From NCBI GenBank assembly GCA_047947115.1, contig CP170459.1, positions 2,272,001 through 2,336,000 on the forward strand: a stretch of 64,000 nucleotides of DNA. The letters are read 5' to 3'. This DNA comes from Verrucomicrobiota bacterium. Its GTDB lineage: Bacteria; Verrucomicrobiota; Verrucomicrobiia; Limisphaerales; AAA164-E04. The position numbers were made by a program, and so were the translations under genes. The notes below the pieces were generated by a model that did not search any database, was not told the origin of the DNA, and worked only from the letters and a program-made list of their open reading frames with translations. Shown piece by piece: positions 1-9,678 of the stretch (positions are counted from its first letter, which is position 1; the number at the start of each line of letters is the position of its first letter).

Positions 1-138
1 TTCCCAAGAAACAGCTTGGCGGACGGCGCGGTGCACAAAACGGGATAAATCTCTTTTTTTCATGCCTGACAGCGCCAGGTGAGATCTGACAATTTGATCG
101 GTCTCTTCAGGTATGACCAATGTCCATCGGGTTGACAT
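1..138 (-). CDS. Ribbon-helix-helix protein, XACb0070/RHH_8-like, probable antitoxin (5' part only; runs off the window)
   Basis: Manual minus-strand translation from ATG 138 gives MSTRWTLVIPEETDQIVRSHLALSGMKKRDLSRFVHRAVRQAVSWE with no stop before position 1. A GAGG SD-like motif lies upstream and there is an alternative in-frame ATG at 174. The RW..GMKK.DLS.F pattern matches this RHH family as I recall it. Confidence 0.7.
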   Translation of the reverse strand, partial: MSTRWTLVIPEETDQIVRSHLALSGMKKRDLSRFVHRAVRQAVSWE

Positions 139-368
139 CTGCAATTCCTCTCTCTCAAATGGATCCTTATACATCGAATCGTATAGGTGGGGCCTCCATT
201 TTGTCAATGGGTCACCCTTCCTCTCAACTTTAGATATCCTATTGTCTTCGTTCCATGTGGCTCTCGGTTCACACTTATATTTTCTGAAGGAACTGAGATG
301 CGCCGCCCATCGTTCTACACTACAGGCTTGACCACTGGTGTTCAGGGGGGAAACTGGAAGCCAATCAA

Positions 369-2426
369 ATGAACATTTGGAAAGCATTTCTCAATTTTTC
401 TATTCTGTTGTCACAAGTCACGGTTCAATCCGAACCGGCGCAATATGACATTGTGATATACGGAGGCACCAGTGCCGGCATCGTGGCGGGACTTCAAGCC
501 AAGGCCATGGGTAAATCCGTCGTGGTGATCGAGCCCACCCATCGTGAAGGCGGTTTGACCACCGGCGGTCTTGGACAAACGGACATAGGCAACAAGCACG
601 TGATCGGTGGTTTGTCCCGTCAGTTTTACGAACGCATCGCCAATTACTATGCCAACGACAGCGCCTGGAAATGGCAAAAACGTGAAGAGTACCGAAGTGG
701 CGGGCAAAGCATCACCCAAAAGGGGGAATCGACTCTGTGGACCTTCGAGCCGAGTGCCGCGCTCAAGGTGTATCGTGATTGGATCCACGCAACAGGACTC
801 ACCATTGTCCACAGTGAACGCCTGGATCGTGAAAACGGTGTCAGCAAGGATGGGGCCGTCATTCGATCGATTACCATGGAATCGGGACGAACCTTCAAGG
901 GACGTATTTTCATGGATACCACCTATGAAGGAGATCTCATGGCTGCCGCTGGAATCAGTTACACACTTGGACGCGAGGCGGATGCTCAATATGGTGAAAC
1001 ATTGAATGGTGTCCAGACCAGGCAGGCACGCTATCATAACTTTGTCGACGGAGTCGATCCTTACCGGATCAAGGGTGATCCTGATAGCGGGCTCTTACCG
1101 TTTTTGGATCCAAATGGACCTGGTGAAGAAGAATCTGCCGATCTTAAAATACAGGCCTATTGTTTTCGTATGTGTCTGACCGATCATCCGGGCAACCGTA
1201 TTCCGTTTTACAAACCAGAAGGGTACGATCCGTTGTGGTACGAGCTGTTGTTGCGGAATTTCGAAGCCGGCGAGCGTGGGATGCCATGGATCAATTCCAG
1301 CATGCCCAACCGCAAAACCGACACCAACAATCGCACCGGGTTTTCAACGGATTTCATCGGTCAGAACTACGACTACCCGGAAGCCAGTTATGAGGAACGC
1401 GATGCCATCCGGGCGCGTCATCTCTTATATCAACAAGGTTTGATGTGGACCCTTGCCAATCATCCACGCGTGCCGGACAAGATCCGGAACGAAGTGGCTC
1501 CTTGGGGCATGAGTCGTGATGAGTTTGTTGAAGGGGGTGGATGGCAGAACCAGTTGTATGTAAGGGAGGCACGGCGCATGGTCAGTGATTTTGTGATGAC
1601 ACAGCATCATTGTCAGCAACGGGACATCGTGGAGGATTCCATTGGCATGGGCGCCTACACCATGGACTCGCATAATGTGCAGCGTTACGTGAACGCCGAT
1701 GGTTTTGCCAAGAACGAAGGTGATGTGGAAGTCGGGGGATTTCCTCCTTATCCGATCAGCTATCGGGCGATCGTGCCGCGACGCGAGGAAGCGACCAACC
1801 TGCTGGTGCCCGTCTGTCTGTCGGCCAGTCACATGGCCTTCGGGTCGATTCGCATGGAACCCGTGTTCATGGTCTTGGGGCAATCCGCCGCGACTGCAGC
1901 CTGTCTGGCATTGGATGCGGGTGTTTCCGTTCAAGATGTCCCCTACGAGACATTGAGAGAGCGATTGGAACAGGACGGGCAGATCCTTAATTACGGAGCG
2001 TCCTACCAACAATCCCAACTGGACGGCATCATCGTCGACGATACCAAGGCGATTCTTCTAGGAAATTGGAAACAATCGACGTTGCTAGCAGGTTATCGCA
2101 TGGGCTACAAACACGACGGAGACGCTCGCGACGGAAACTCATCTGCCACCTTTGCCGCCAAGCTGCCCAAGCCCGGCAAATACGAAGTGCAGATCGCCTG
2201 GACCTCCAATCCCAATCGTGCCACCAACGTTCCTGCTCAGGTCAAACATGTCCAAGGCGAGCGGAACTTTCTTCTCAATCAACGTAAGGAGCCCAATCAG
2301 GACATTGGCTTTCACAGACTGGGAGTTTTCCAATTCGGAACAGAAGCTGAAGTGATCATCAGCAATCAAGATACCGACGGACATGTCATTATTGATGCCG
2401 TTCGGTGGGTGAAAGTGGTGCAATAG
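369..2426 (+). CDS. Secreted FAD-dependent oxidoreductase (FAD_oxidored family) with C-terminal xanthan-lyase/golvesin-like beta domain
   Basis: 685-aa ORF with signal-like N-terminus, Rossmann motif DIVIYGGTSAG, LYVREARRM, SHMAFGSIRMEP, and C-terminal IVDD...IIDAVRW. Confidence 0.85.
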   Translation: MNIWKAFLNFSILLSQVTVQSEPAQYDIVIYGGTSAGIVAGLQAKAMGKSVVVIEPTHREGGLTTGGLGQTDIGNKHVIGGLSRQFYERIANYYANDSAWKWQKREEYRSGGQSITQKGESTLWTFEPSAALKVYRDWIHATGLTIVHSERLDRENGVSKDGAVIRSITMESGRTFKGRIFMDTTYEGDLMAAAGISYTLGREADAQYGETLNGVQTRQARYHNFVDGVDPYRIKGDPDSGLLPFLDPNGPGEEESADLKIQAYCFRMCLTDHPGNRIPFYKPEGYDPLWYELLLRNFEAGERGMPWINSSMPNRKTDTNNRTGFSTDFIGQNYDYPEASYEERDAIRARHLLYQQGLMWTLANHPRVPDKIRNEVAPWGMSRDEFVEGGGWQNQLYVREARRMVSDFVMTQHHCQQRDIVEDSIGMGAYTMDSHNVQRYVNADGFAKNEGDVEVGGFPPYPISYRAIVPRREEATNLLVPVCLSASHMAFGSIRMEPVFMVLGQSAATAACLALDAGVSVQDVPYETLRERLEQDGQILNYGASYQQSQLDGIIVDDTKAILLGNWKQSTLLAGYRMGYKHDGDARDGNSSATFAAKLPKPGKYEVQIAWTSNPNRATNVPAQVKHVQGERNFLLNQRKEPNQDIGFHRLGVFQFGTEAEVIISNQDTDGHVIIDAVRWVKVVQ

Positions 2427-2465
2427 TAGTCAGCGTGTTTTCTATGGACAGCCACCGCAGTCGCG

Positions 2466-3979
2466 CATGCGCGTCAGGATAAAAATGATTATTTTTAACG
2501 ATAAAGCTGTATTTTTATGTACAGTTTGCTTTCTACTTTTCCGAATGACTCTCCAACAAATCCTTGTCAGACAATATCATCTTCAGATCTTCAACACACA
2601 ACAAGACCTCAACCCAAATGTTTGACTTTACTCCCAGATTCACAAGGGGTTTCCCTGCCTCATGAATGGCACCGATGTGCCCAAACATTAACCGGTTGGT
2701 TCGCTGATTTCGATTTCCAGACACTTGCTCGCGCCACCGGCTTTGTCCTGCGAACTCCGCGAAAAATAATGCCCGAATTTTTTCTACAAGCGACTATTCT
2801 ATTGGTTTGCCAAGGCACCGCAAGTTTGAGTCGATGGGCGACTTTGTTGGGAATTTTGAGCAATAATACTATTGCCAAACAGTCATTGTGGGAACGAATG
2901 AACCAGGGCGCTGTGAATTATATTCAATGCATCCTGGCGCTAGTATTAAGCGCCAAATCCAAAGACAATGGCCGCAACGTCCCAAACAAGTTCAATCGAT
3001 TTCCACGAATCCTTGTTCATGATAGCACGACCATCAAAGTAAATTCGAAACTGGCGGCTGCTTTTCCCGGTTCGGCTAACCAAAGTGGTTCCAAAATTGC
3101 ATCGCTGAAAATACAAGCCATTCAGGATATACAAAATCAACAATTCCTCTACTTCGGGATAAGTGGATTTAGACGTAACGACCAAACCGCAACTTATGAT
3201 ATTTTGAAAGTCATACGTAAGGGGGACTTAATACTCCGTGACTTGGGCTATTTCGTGATAGAATCATTCCAACAGATAGCAAACGCTGGAGCCTATTATT
3301 TGAGTCGAATCCGATTGGATATCGAAGTGAGGGACCCAGCCACAGGAGAAAAAATCGATTTACTCAAAAAACTGAAACGATTAGGAAATTTGGACTTTGA
3401 TGTTTTGCTCTCAGATAAGCAGTTACCCGTGCGATTGGTGGCCATCAAACTTCCCGATGAGATCGCGGCAGAACGGCGACGCAAAGCCAAGAGCAATCGT
3501 GATAAAAGGCGAAAGCCCAATGCCCAAAGGTTGGAGTTGCTTGGTTGGGCGATATTCACAACCAATGTTCCCCAGAACGAATGCACAGCAAAAGAAGTGG
3601 CAAAGATCTACGGTTTGCGCTGGCGGATAGAAACCATTTTTAAGGCATGGAAAAGCCATTTTCGTATCACCGAGGTTCCTGACGGTTCTGCAGAGCAACT
3701 CCGGATAGTGGTTTGTGCACGACTCATTTTTATTACCGTTCTTACAAACTTGATAGAGCGTGACTGGCTTGCCCCAGGGCAGACTTGCAACGCGGCGCAT
3801 TTGAGCATGTTGAAAGTGGCTGCTCTACTGGGAGATTACTTTTTGGCTCTGTGTTTTGAAGCGTGGAATGTACAAGTCAGCGATGCTATCCCTATACAAA
3901 TGAGATACCAATGCAAATATGACAAACGATCTCGTCAAAACTATGAACAAAACCTCCTGGCTTTATCCTGACGCGCATG
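2466..3979 (+). mobile_element. IS4-family insertion sequence (1514 bp)
   Basis: Perfect 18-bp terminal IRs CATGCGCGTCAGGATAAA (2466-2483; reverse complement at 3962-3979). Flanked by 10-bp direct repeats CGCAGTCGCG (2456-2465 and 3980-3989). Contains a DDE transposase. Confidence 0.95.
2517..3971 (+). CDS. IS4-family DDE transposase
   Basis: DDE motifs LVHDSTTI and LRDLGYF, plus the YREK signature YGLRWRIETIFKAWK. True start uncertain. Confidence 0.93.
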   Translation: MYSLLSTFPNDSPTNPCQTISSSDLQHTTRPQPKCLTLLPDSQGVSLPHEWHRCAQTLTGWFADFDFQTLARATGFVLRTPRKIMPEFFLQATILLVCQGTASLSRWATLLGILSNNTIAKQSLWERMNQGAVNYIQCILALVLSAKSKDNGRNVPNKFNRFPRILVHDSTTIKVNSKLAAAFPGSANQSGSKIASLKIQAIQDIQNQQFLYFGISGFRRNDQTATYDILKVIRKGDLILRDLGYFVIESFQQIANAGAYYLSRIRLDIEVRDPATGEKIDLLKKLKRLGNLDFDVLLSDKQLPVRLVAIKLPDEIAAERRRKAKSNRDKRRKPNAQRLELLGWAIFTTNVPQNECTAKEVAKIYGLRWRIETIFKAWKSHFRITEVPDGSAEQLRIVVCARLIFITVLTNLIERDWLAPGQTCNAAHLSMLKVAALLGDYFLALCFEAWNVQVSDAIPIQMRYQCKYDKRSRQNYEQNLLALS

Positions 3980-4043
3980 CGCAGTCGCGGGATCTGGAGC
4001 GATCGATACGACACAGATCTCAGGATAAAGCTACAGCACGAAT

Positions 4044-4406
4044 ATGGGACATTATTGTAAAATATGTGGATGTAATCGAGCTAATGAGAAGTTTTCCGGC
4101 AAGGGACATAAAAACCACATTTGCAAGGAATGTTCCAAACTGCCAAAGGAGAAGATTCAATTTGAAATGGCCATGGAAGAGATATTCGATTTTATGCATC
4201 AATCGAATATTTCCCAGAAGAATATCGAACGCTTGCAAAAGCATCTTCAGTCCTCCAACGATACAATTGTCAAACACGCCTCGCTTGTATTGGAGGTCGC
4301 CAAAATCAAACCACATAAAAGGAGGCGCATAAAGTTTTTGGCCAGAGAAAATAGGGAACTGCTCAATCAATTATTCGAGACAGGGCTCATACTTGATCAC
4401 TGGTAG
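4044..4406 (+). CDS. Small hypothetical protein with N-terminal putative Zn-binding motif
   Basis: 120 aa with HYCKICG...HICKEC (two CxxC) followed by a predicted helical region. Confidence 0.7.
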   Translation: MGHYCKICGCNRANEKFSGKGHKNHICKECSKLPKEKIQFEMAMEEIFDFMHQSNISQKNIERLQKHLQSSNDTIVKHASLVLEVAKIKPHKRRRIKFLARENRELLNQLFETGLILDHW

Positions 4407-4585
4407 AAATAAGCCAGAAAGATCAAACTAAGTTCAACACCATAACGTTCAGCCCACCAAGCAACCGCCTGGCCTCCCACCAATGGGCAATCGTCTGGAA
4501 TGTGAGTAAATAAGATTTGAAAATCATTTGGCCGAAAATGTCCAGATGGTTCCAAAATCGATCTTTTTTTTAGGTCAGGCGTCAT
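4397..4585 (-). pseudogene. Truncated nucleotidyltransferase-like (AbiEii-type) gene fragment
   Basis: Contains LVGGQAVAWWAERYG, resembling the GGxA N-terminal motif of AbiEii-like NTases, but ends about 13 codons later. Start overlaps the upstream small ORF. Confidence 0.45.
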
Positions 4586-4772
4586 CGAAATCTTCGTCGG
4601 CAATCAAAGTTTCGTCGAAAATCAAAGGGCCAAGCAATGATCCTTTGTCAATCATTTTCGCCAAGCAAAAGGGATCCCTGCCGCTGCATGAATCAATTTC
4701 CTCTTGCCTGGAAACGAACCTGTCTTCGGCCTTTTGTCTGCGAAGAATGATTGACTGATCTTCCTTTTTCAT
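4575..4772 (-). CDS. Small hypothetical protein (65 aa), possible partner of the NTase fragment
   Basis: ATG 4772 preceded by AAGGGA; acidic C-terminus; 11-bp overlap with the downstream ORF. Confidence 0.45.
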   Translation of the reverse strand: MKKEDQSIILRRQKAEDRFVSRQEEIDSCSGRDPFCLAKMIDKGSLLGPLIFDETLIADEDFDDA

Positions 4773-4840
4773 TATCCCTTGCCGTTTACTCCAACCTATC
4801 GTCAACCGAGGGGTGGACGCAACTGGTTATTGCATGCTCA

Positions 4841-6286
4841 TTATTCAAGAACTTCATCCACTACTCGTCCGTGAATATCGGTCAGTCGGTAATCACGCCC
4901 CTGAAAGCGATAGGTCAGCCGTTCGTGGTCGAACCCGAGCAGATGCATGATAGTGGCGTTCAGATCGTGGATGTGCACCGGATCCTTGACGATGTTGTAG
5001 GAAAAGTCGTCTGTTTCTCCGTGCGTCAATCCACCCTTGATGCCGCCTCCCGCCAGCCAGATCGAGTAACATCTGGGGTGATGGTCGCGCCCATAATCCG
5101 TTTCGGTAAGCTGGCCTTGTGAGTAGACCGTTCGGCCGAATTCTCCTCCCCAGACGACCAGTGTGTCATCGAGCAGTCCACGTTCCTTGAGTTCCTTCAA
5201 GAGAGCGGCTGATGGCTGGTCGGTGTCGTAGCATTGGGTGCGGACACCTTCCGGACACTTGTTGTGCTGGTCCCATCCACGGTGATAGAGCTGGATGAAT
5301 CGTACGCCTCGTTCCGCAAGACGTCTGGCCAGGATGCAGTTGGCCGCGTAGGTTCCTGGCTTTTTGGATTCCGGTCCATAACGCTCGAACACCGTCTCCG
5401 GTTCTTTCGAAAGATCGGCGAGTTCAGGGACGGATGCCTGCATGCGATATGCCATTTCGTATTGTTCGATTCGCGCCTCAATCTGTGGGTCCAGGGTCTG
5501 AGCAAATTTCAATCGATTCAAAGCCTCAACATCGTCCAACATTTCGCGGCGTTGCTGGCGCGTGATTCCCGGGGGATCGGTCAGGTAAAGCACCGGATCT
5601 TTCCCCGGGCTGAATCGCACTCCTTGATAGCGTGTGGGAAGAAAACCCGATCCCCACATGCGTTCGTGCAGAGGTTGCGCATTGGTGGGGCCGCTTGGAC
5701 GCGAAATCATCACCACGAATGCGGGCAAATTTTCGTTTTCCGAACCAAGTCCATAAGACGTCCAGGCTCCCAACGAAGGGCGTCCGGCGACTTGATGGCC
5801 GGTTTGAAGGAGCGTCATGGCCGGGTCATGATTAATCGCTTCGGTGTGCAGGGTGCGGATCAGGCAGATGTCATCGGTGCAGCGTCCGGTGTGAGGAAGT
5901 ATTTCGCTCAGATGCATGCCCGAATCGCCAAATTGTGGAAATTTGTAAATGGATGGCGCGATCGGAAACGATTTTTGTCCGGCAGTCATGCCGGTAAGCC
6001 GTTGGCCACGTCTGACCGAATCCGGCAGTTCCTGTTTGAAACGCTTGCTCAGTCCCGGTTTGTAATCGAATAAGTCCAGCTGCGATGGGGCACCTGCTTG
6101 TGTCAGCCAGATGATACGTCGGATGCGACTTTGGAAATGAGGGCGGGGCGGTGTTGCAGCCTTCACGTCCGACCTCATGAGTGAAGCCAACGCTGCCAAT
6201 CCGGCTCCCGCCGTGGATTGCCGCAGGAATTGCCTGCGGGCGATCGTTCTCAAAGCCTCGTTTTCCAAATGGACAGAAGGGTTCAT
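4841..6286 (-). CDS. DUF1501 family protein (Tat-type signal)
   Basis: RRQFL twin-arginine-like motif, GAPSQLDLFDYKP, ARRLAERGVRFIQL, GWDQH, WGGEFGRT, GRDHHP. Start set at ATG 6286, just after the upstream stop. Confidence 0.92.
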   Translation of the reverse strand: MNPSVHLENEALRTIARRQFLRQSTAGAGLAALASLMRSDVKAATPPRPHFQSRIRRIIWLTQAGAPSQLDLFDYKPGLSKRFKQELPDSVRRGQRLTGMTAGQKSFPIAPSIYKFPQFGDSGMHLSEILPHTGRCTDDICLIRTLHTEAINHDPAMTLLQTGHQVAGRPSLGAWTSYGLGSENENLPAFVVMISRPSGPTNAQPLHERMWGSGFLPTRYQGVRFSPGKDPVLYLTDPPGITRQQRREMLDDVEALNRLKFAQTLDPQIEARIEQYEMAYRMQASVPELADLSKEPETVFERYGPESKKPGTYAANCILARRLAERGVRFIQLYHRGWDQHNKCPEGVRTQCYDTDQPSAALLKELKERGLLDDTLVVWGGEFGRTVYSQGQLTETDYGRDHHPRCYSIWLAGGGIKGGLTHGETDDFSYNIVKDPVHIHDLNATIMHLLGFDHERLTYRFQGRDYRLTDIHGRVVDEVLE

Positions 6287-6287
6287 G

Positions 6288-8762
6288 TCATTCACGTGTG
6301 ACGGTTTCATCGAGATTGAGGATGATGCTGGCGGCGATGGTGTGTGCTGCCCAATCGGCCGGATCATGTTCCGTATTTGAATTCACTTCGACCGATTCAC
6401 CTATGCTCAGGAGGGCGTTGGCTTGATCAGGAGCGTTCGTAAACTCGTTGTGCGATCTTTCAACAGCTTTCGTCAAATAGGTCAATTCTTCGGTGCTTGG
6501 GGGGCGTGCCAATACCAGGCGGAAACCGTGCGCCAAACGTGCATCCAATGTTGGAACGGATGCCTCCAGCATTCGGCTCGCCAGGTGGCGGGCTGCTTCG
6601 ATATAGGTGGTGTCGTTCATCAAATTCAACGCTTGCATGGGAGTGTTGGTGCGGCTTCGGCGCACAGCGCAGGATTCGCGAAAGGGAACATCAAACGTCA
6701 ACATGGCCGGGTGCGGCACCGAGCGTTTCCAGTAGGTGTACATCGTGCGTCGGAACAAGTCCTCGCCTTTGTCCTGAACATAGGTGTTTGCGCTGCTACC
6801 CGCGACAACTTGTTCGTAAAGTCCGGGGGGATGATAGGGTTTGACGGATGGTCCGCCTATTCTCAAAGAAAGCAATCCGCCTGCAGCCAGGGCTTGGTCT
6901 CTGAGAAATTCCGCCTGGAGTCTGTGACGAGAACTGCGTGCCAGAAGCCGGTTTTCCGGATCATGTTCGAGTAGCTCTTGCGTGGTATGCGAACTTTGTC
7001 GATAGGTGGCGCTGGTTGTCAGGAGCCGCATCATGGCTTTGATGTTCCAACCGGATTCGACCAATTCCACCGCCAACCAATCCAAAAGGGCTGGATGACT
7101 CGGTCGTTCTCCACGTGTTCCAAAGTCTTCCGGAGTGGGGACAATAACGGTGCCAAACACGGATTGCCAAAGGCGGTTGACTGTGACGCGTGCGGTCAAC
7201 GGATTCTCGTGATCCACTAACCATCGCGCCAACCCCAATCGGTTCCGGGGAAGATCTTTGTCCATGGGGGGCAAGAAAGTCGGCGTGTCAGGATACACCT
7301 GTGGACCTGGGCGATCATAGGAACCACGGACGAGGATGTAAGTCGGTCTGGGCTCGGGAAGTTCATCCATCACCAAAGCTGTCGGTATTGCCAGGTCTGC
7401 CAGATCCGCTTTCTTTTTCAAATCCTCCACTCTTTTTTTCATCGTCTCGCGTTGATCTGAATCCTCGGGAGTATTGGCCAACAGTTGCTCGGCTTTTCCA
7501 AGTTCAGCTTGTGCGTGTGCACGGTCTGATTCCTGTTCTGGAGAGGGGAGCTGGATCATGGGGGGATTGTTTCGTTGAATCGGCGCTCCGTAATTTCCCC
7601 TTCCTTGTTCGCTGACATTGTGAAAAAACGCGTAGATCGAATAATAATCGCGTTGAGTAAACGGATCGTACTTGTGATCGTGACATCGGGCGCAGATAAA
7701 CGTTTGCCCCAGCCAAATGGTCATGGTGGTCTCCACCCGATCCGAGCAATACTCCGCCAGAAACTCCTCAGGTATGATGCCGCCTTCCTCGTTCATCATG
7801 TGGTTTCGGTTGAATCCGGTGGCGATGCGTTGCTGAAGGGTTGGATTTGGAAGTAGATCACCGGCCAGTTGCTCCACCGTAAACGCGTCGTAGGGCATGT
7901 TGCGATTGAACGCATCAATCACCCAATCTCTCCATGCAGACATTTCCCGATCCCTGTCAACCTGGTATCCATTGGTGTCGGCATACCGGGCTGCATCCAA
8001 CCAATCCACCGCCATGCGTTCACCGTAATGGGGCGAATCCAACAATCGGTCGACAACTTTTTCAAAAGCGTGAGGAGAATCATCGGCCAGGAACGCATCG
8101 ACCTCCGCCAGGGTAGGGGGGAGTCCCGTTAAATCCAAAGTCACCCGGCGAATCAAAGTGGTTCGATCGGCTTCCGGAGATGGTGTGAGGTTTTCATCCA
8201 CTATGCGTTGCAACACCAAATGATCCACTTCATTGCGTGGCCAGTCAGAGTGTTGAGTCGGTCGGGGCAACGCTTCTCGCTGGGGCGGCCTCCAGGCCCA
8301 GTGACCCTCGTATTCGGCTCCGGCATCCACCCATTGTTGCAGCAGATTTTTTTGGGTTTCGGTCAAAACCTTGTTGGCTTCCGGTGGTGGCATTTGCTCT
8401 TCCGGATCCTGAGATTGGATTCGACTGATCAACACGCTGCAATCCGAACACCCAGGTTCAATCGCAGCGTAACCTCCCAAATCCATCCTCGATCCTGATT
8501 CTGTATCCAAACGCAGACCTGATTTGCGATGGCTTTCATCCGGACCATGACATTGAAAACAATGGTCCGAAAGGATGGGAAGGATGTCTCGCGTGAAATC
8601 AATGTTGGATGCCGCCCTTGATTCACCGGCGATGATGAAGGTCCAGACTCCCAATAAGCAACATTTCACAAATCCTCCAATGTAGGTTTTGACACAGAAA
8701 TTTAGATCGCTTCCCGGGAAAGATGAATGGCGAGCTTTTGAAATGGATTGAATGCTGCTCAT
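6288..8762 (-). CDS. PSD1/planctomycete cytochrome c protein (PSCyt1 + DUF1549 + DUF1553)
   Basis: IDFTRDILPILSDHCFQCHGPD, WLDAARYADTNG, CARCHDHKYDP, NPLTARVTVNRLWQ, TNTPMQALNLMN; canonical partner of DUF1501. Start may be further downstream. Confidence 0.92.
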   Translation of the reverse strand: MSSIQSISKARHSSFPGSDLNFCVKTYIGGFVKCCLLGVWTFIIAGESRAASNIDFTRDILPILSDHCFQCHGPDESHRKSGLRLDTESGSRMDLGGYAAIEPGCSDCSVLISRIQSQDPEEQMPPPEANKVLTETQKNLLQQWVDAGAEYEGHWAWRPPQREALPRPTQHSDWPRNEVDHLVLQRIVDENLTPSPEADRTTLIRRVTLDLTGLPPTLAEVDAFLADDSPHAFEKVVDRLLDSPHYGERMAVDWLDAARYADTNGYQVDRDREMSAWRDWVIDAFNRNMPYDAFTVEQLAGDLLPNPTLQQRIATGFNRNHMMNEEGGIIPEEFLAEYCSDRVETTMTIWLGQTFICARCHDHKYDPFTQRDYYSIYAFFHNVSEQGRGNYGAPIQRNNPPMIQLPSPEQESDRAHAQAELGKAEQLLANTPEDSDQRETMKKRVEDLKKKADLADLAIPTALVMDELPEPRPTYILVRGSYDRPGPQVYPDTPTFLPPMDKDLPRNRLGLARWLVDHENPLTARVTVNRLWQSVFGTVIVPTPEDFGTRGERPSHPALLDWLAVELVESGWNIKAMMRLLTTSATYRQSSHTTQELLEHDPENRLLARSSRHRLQAEFLRDQALAAGGLLSLRIGGPSVKPYHPPGLYEQVVAGSSANTYVQDKGEDLFRRTMYTYWKRSVPHPAMLTFDVPFRESCAVRRSRTNTPMQALNLMNDTTYIEAARHLASRMLEASVPTLDARLAHGFRLVLARPPSTEELTYLTKAVERSHNEFTNAPDQANALLSIGESVEVNSNTEHDPADWAAHTIAASIILNLDETVTRE

Positions 8763-8855
8763 TTAATACTGCTGATTCAAACAAAAGTGCTGAAAAATGT
8801 CGAAAAAAACAATAAGGAGAAAAAGTATCAATAGTTGGGGCTGACCCCCAAAGGG

Positions 8856-9284
8856 CTATTCGAGAGGAGAGCGCCATTTCAGGCCTGGAAAGCGCGCAAA
8901 ATCACGATCTGTTGTAATCCATTCACATCCGTTTTCGATGGCAAGGGCAGCATGATAAGCATCACTCACCAGGTTGCCACGAGCATCTCCTTCTCGGCAC
9001 AAACGAAGAAAGATCTCCCAATGTTTGCGCCCCGGTGAGACGATCAGCAAGTTGGGGTGGGTGTGAAGTTGTTGGATGAAATCCAGAGCATTGGGAAGCG
9101 GGGTGGGGGGATTGAAAATTTTTCGATGAGTAATGATTCTGAGGCATGCCGAAAGGACCAGTTCCGATACACCACAAGTTTCTTCTGCAGACAAAGCCTT
9201 TTCTAACCAGGTCTTGATTTCCGCATGGCGATCTGAGTCTTCGCGATGCGCGTAAATGAAGATATTGACATCCAATAATTTCAC
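8856..9284 (-). CDS. vapC: VapC PIN-domain toxin
   Basis: LLDVNIFIYA, GNLVSDAYHAALAIE, TTDRDFARFPGL; GTGA overlap with the antitoxin. Confidence 0.92.
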   Translation of the reverse strand: MKLLDVNIFIYAHREDSDRHAEIKTWLEKALSAEETCGVSELVLSACLRIITHRKIFNPPTPLPNALDFIQQLHTHPNLLIVSPGRKHWEIFLRLCREGDARGNLVSDAYHAALAIENGCEWITTDRDFARFPGLKWRSPLE

Positions 9285-9520
9285 GCCCCCTCCATTGCAT
9301 CCAAGAGATCGGCTGTTGAATCAAGATTTACCCCTGGTAACACTCCTTTACCACCAAAGGTCGGAAATTGAACCGGTACTTCGGGTTCGAGTTGCTTTTG
9401 CTTTGCAAAGGACAACTGCAGAGCTTCTTCAATGACTTTCCCAAGAGTACAGTTTCTCTGGTGTGCCACGTTTTTTGCCTCCTCCAGCAGGTCGTCATGA
9501 ATCGTTATCGTCGTCCTCAT
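9281..9520 (-). CDS. vapB: VapB RHH antitoxin
   Basis: MRTTITIHDDLLEEAK RHH start; directly upstream of and overlapping vapC. Confidence 0.88.
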   Translation of the reverse strand: MRTTITIHDDLLEEAKNVAHQRNCTLGKVIEEALQLSFAKQKQLEPEVPVQFPTFGGKGVLPGVNLDSTADLLDAMEGA

Positions 9521-9678
9521 GCATCATTACATCAATTAAAAACATCATGATGTCAATTTCTGAATGCCTTGTTTAACTGTTTTTTGCAACAAATCCTAAC
9601 CACATCTTTTCCAAAGCGTGAACCACACAGGTAACCGACAAAATTGTCAATATTTGGGACTAACCCCTAAAACCAAAA

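Noticed and set aside
64..368. Riboswitch upstream of the FAD oxidoreductase, and plus-strand ORFs 113-331 and 187-372
   Set aside because: Positions 1-138/174 are better explained by the minus-strand RHH gene, and I recognised no aptamer consensus.
4751..8498. Long plus-strand ORFs (e.g. 4751-5122, 5234-6073, 6423-6974)
   Set aside because: Antisense shadows of the DUF1501 and PSD1 genes with no protein motifs.
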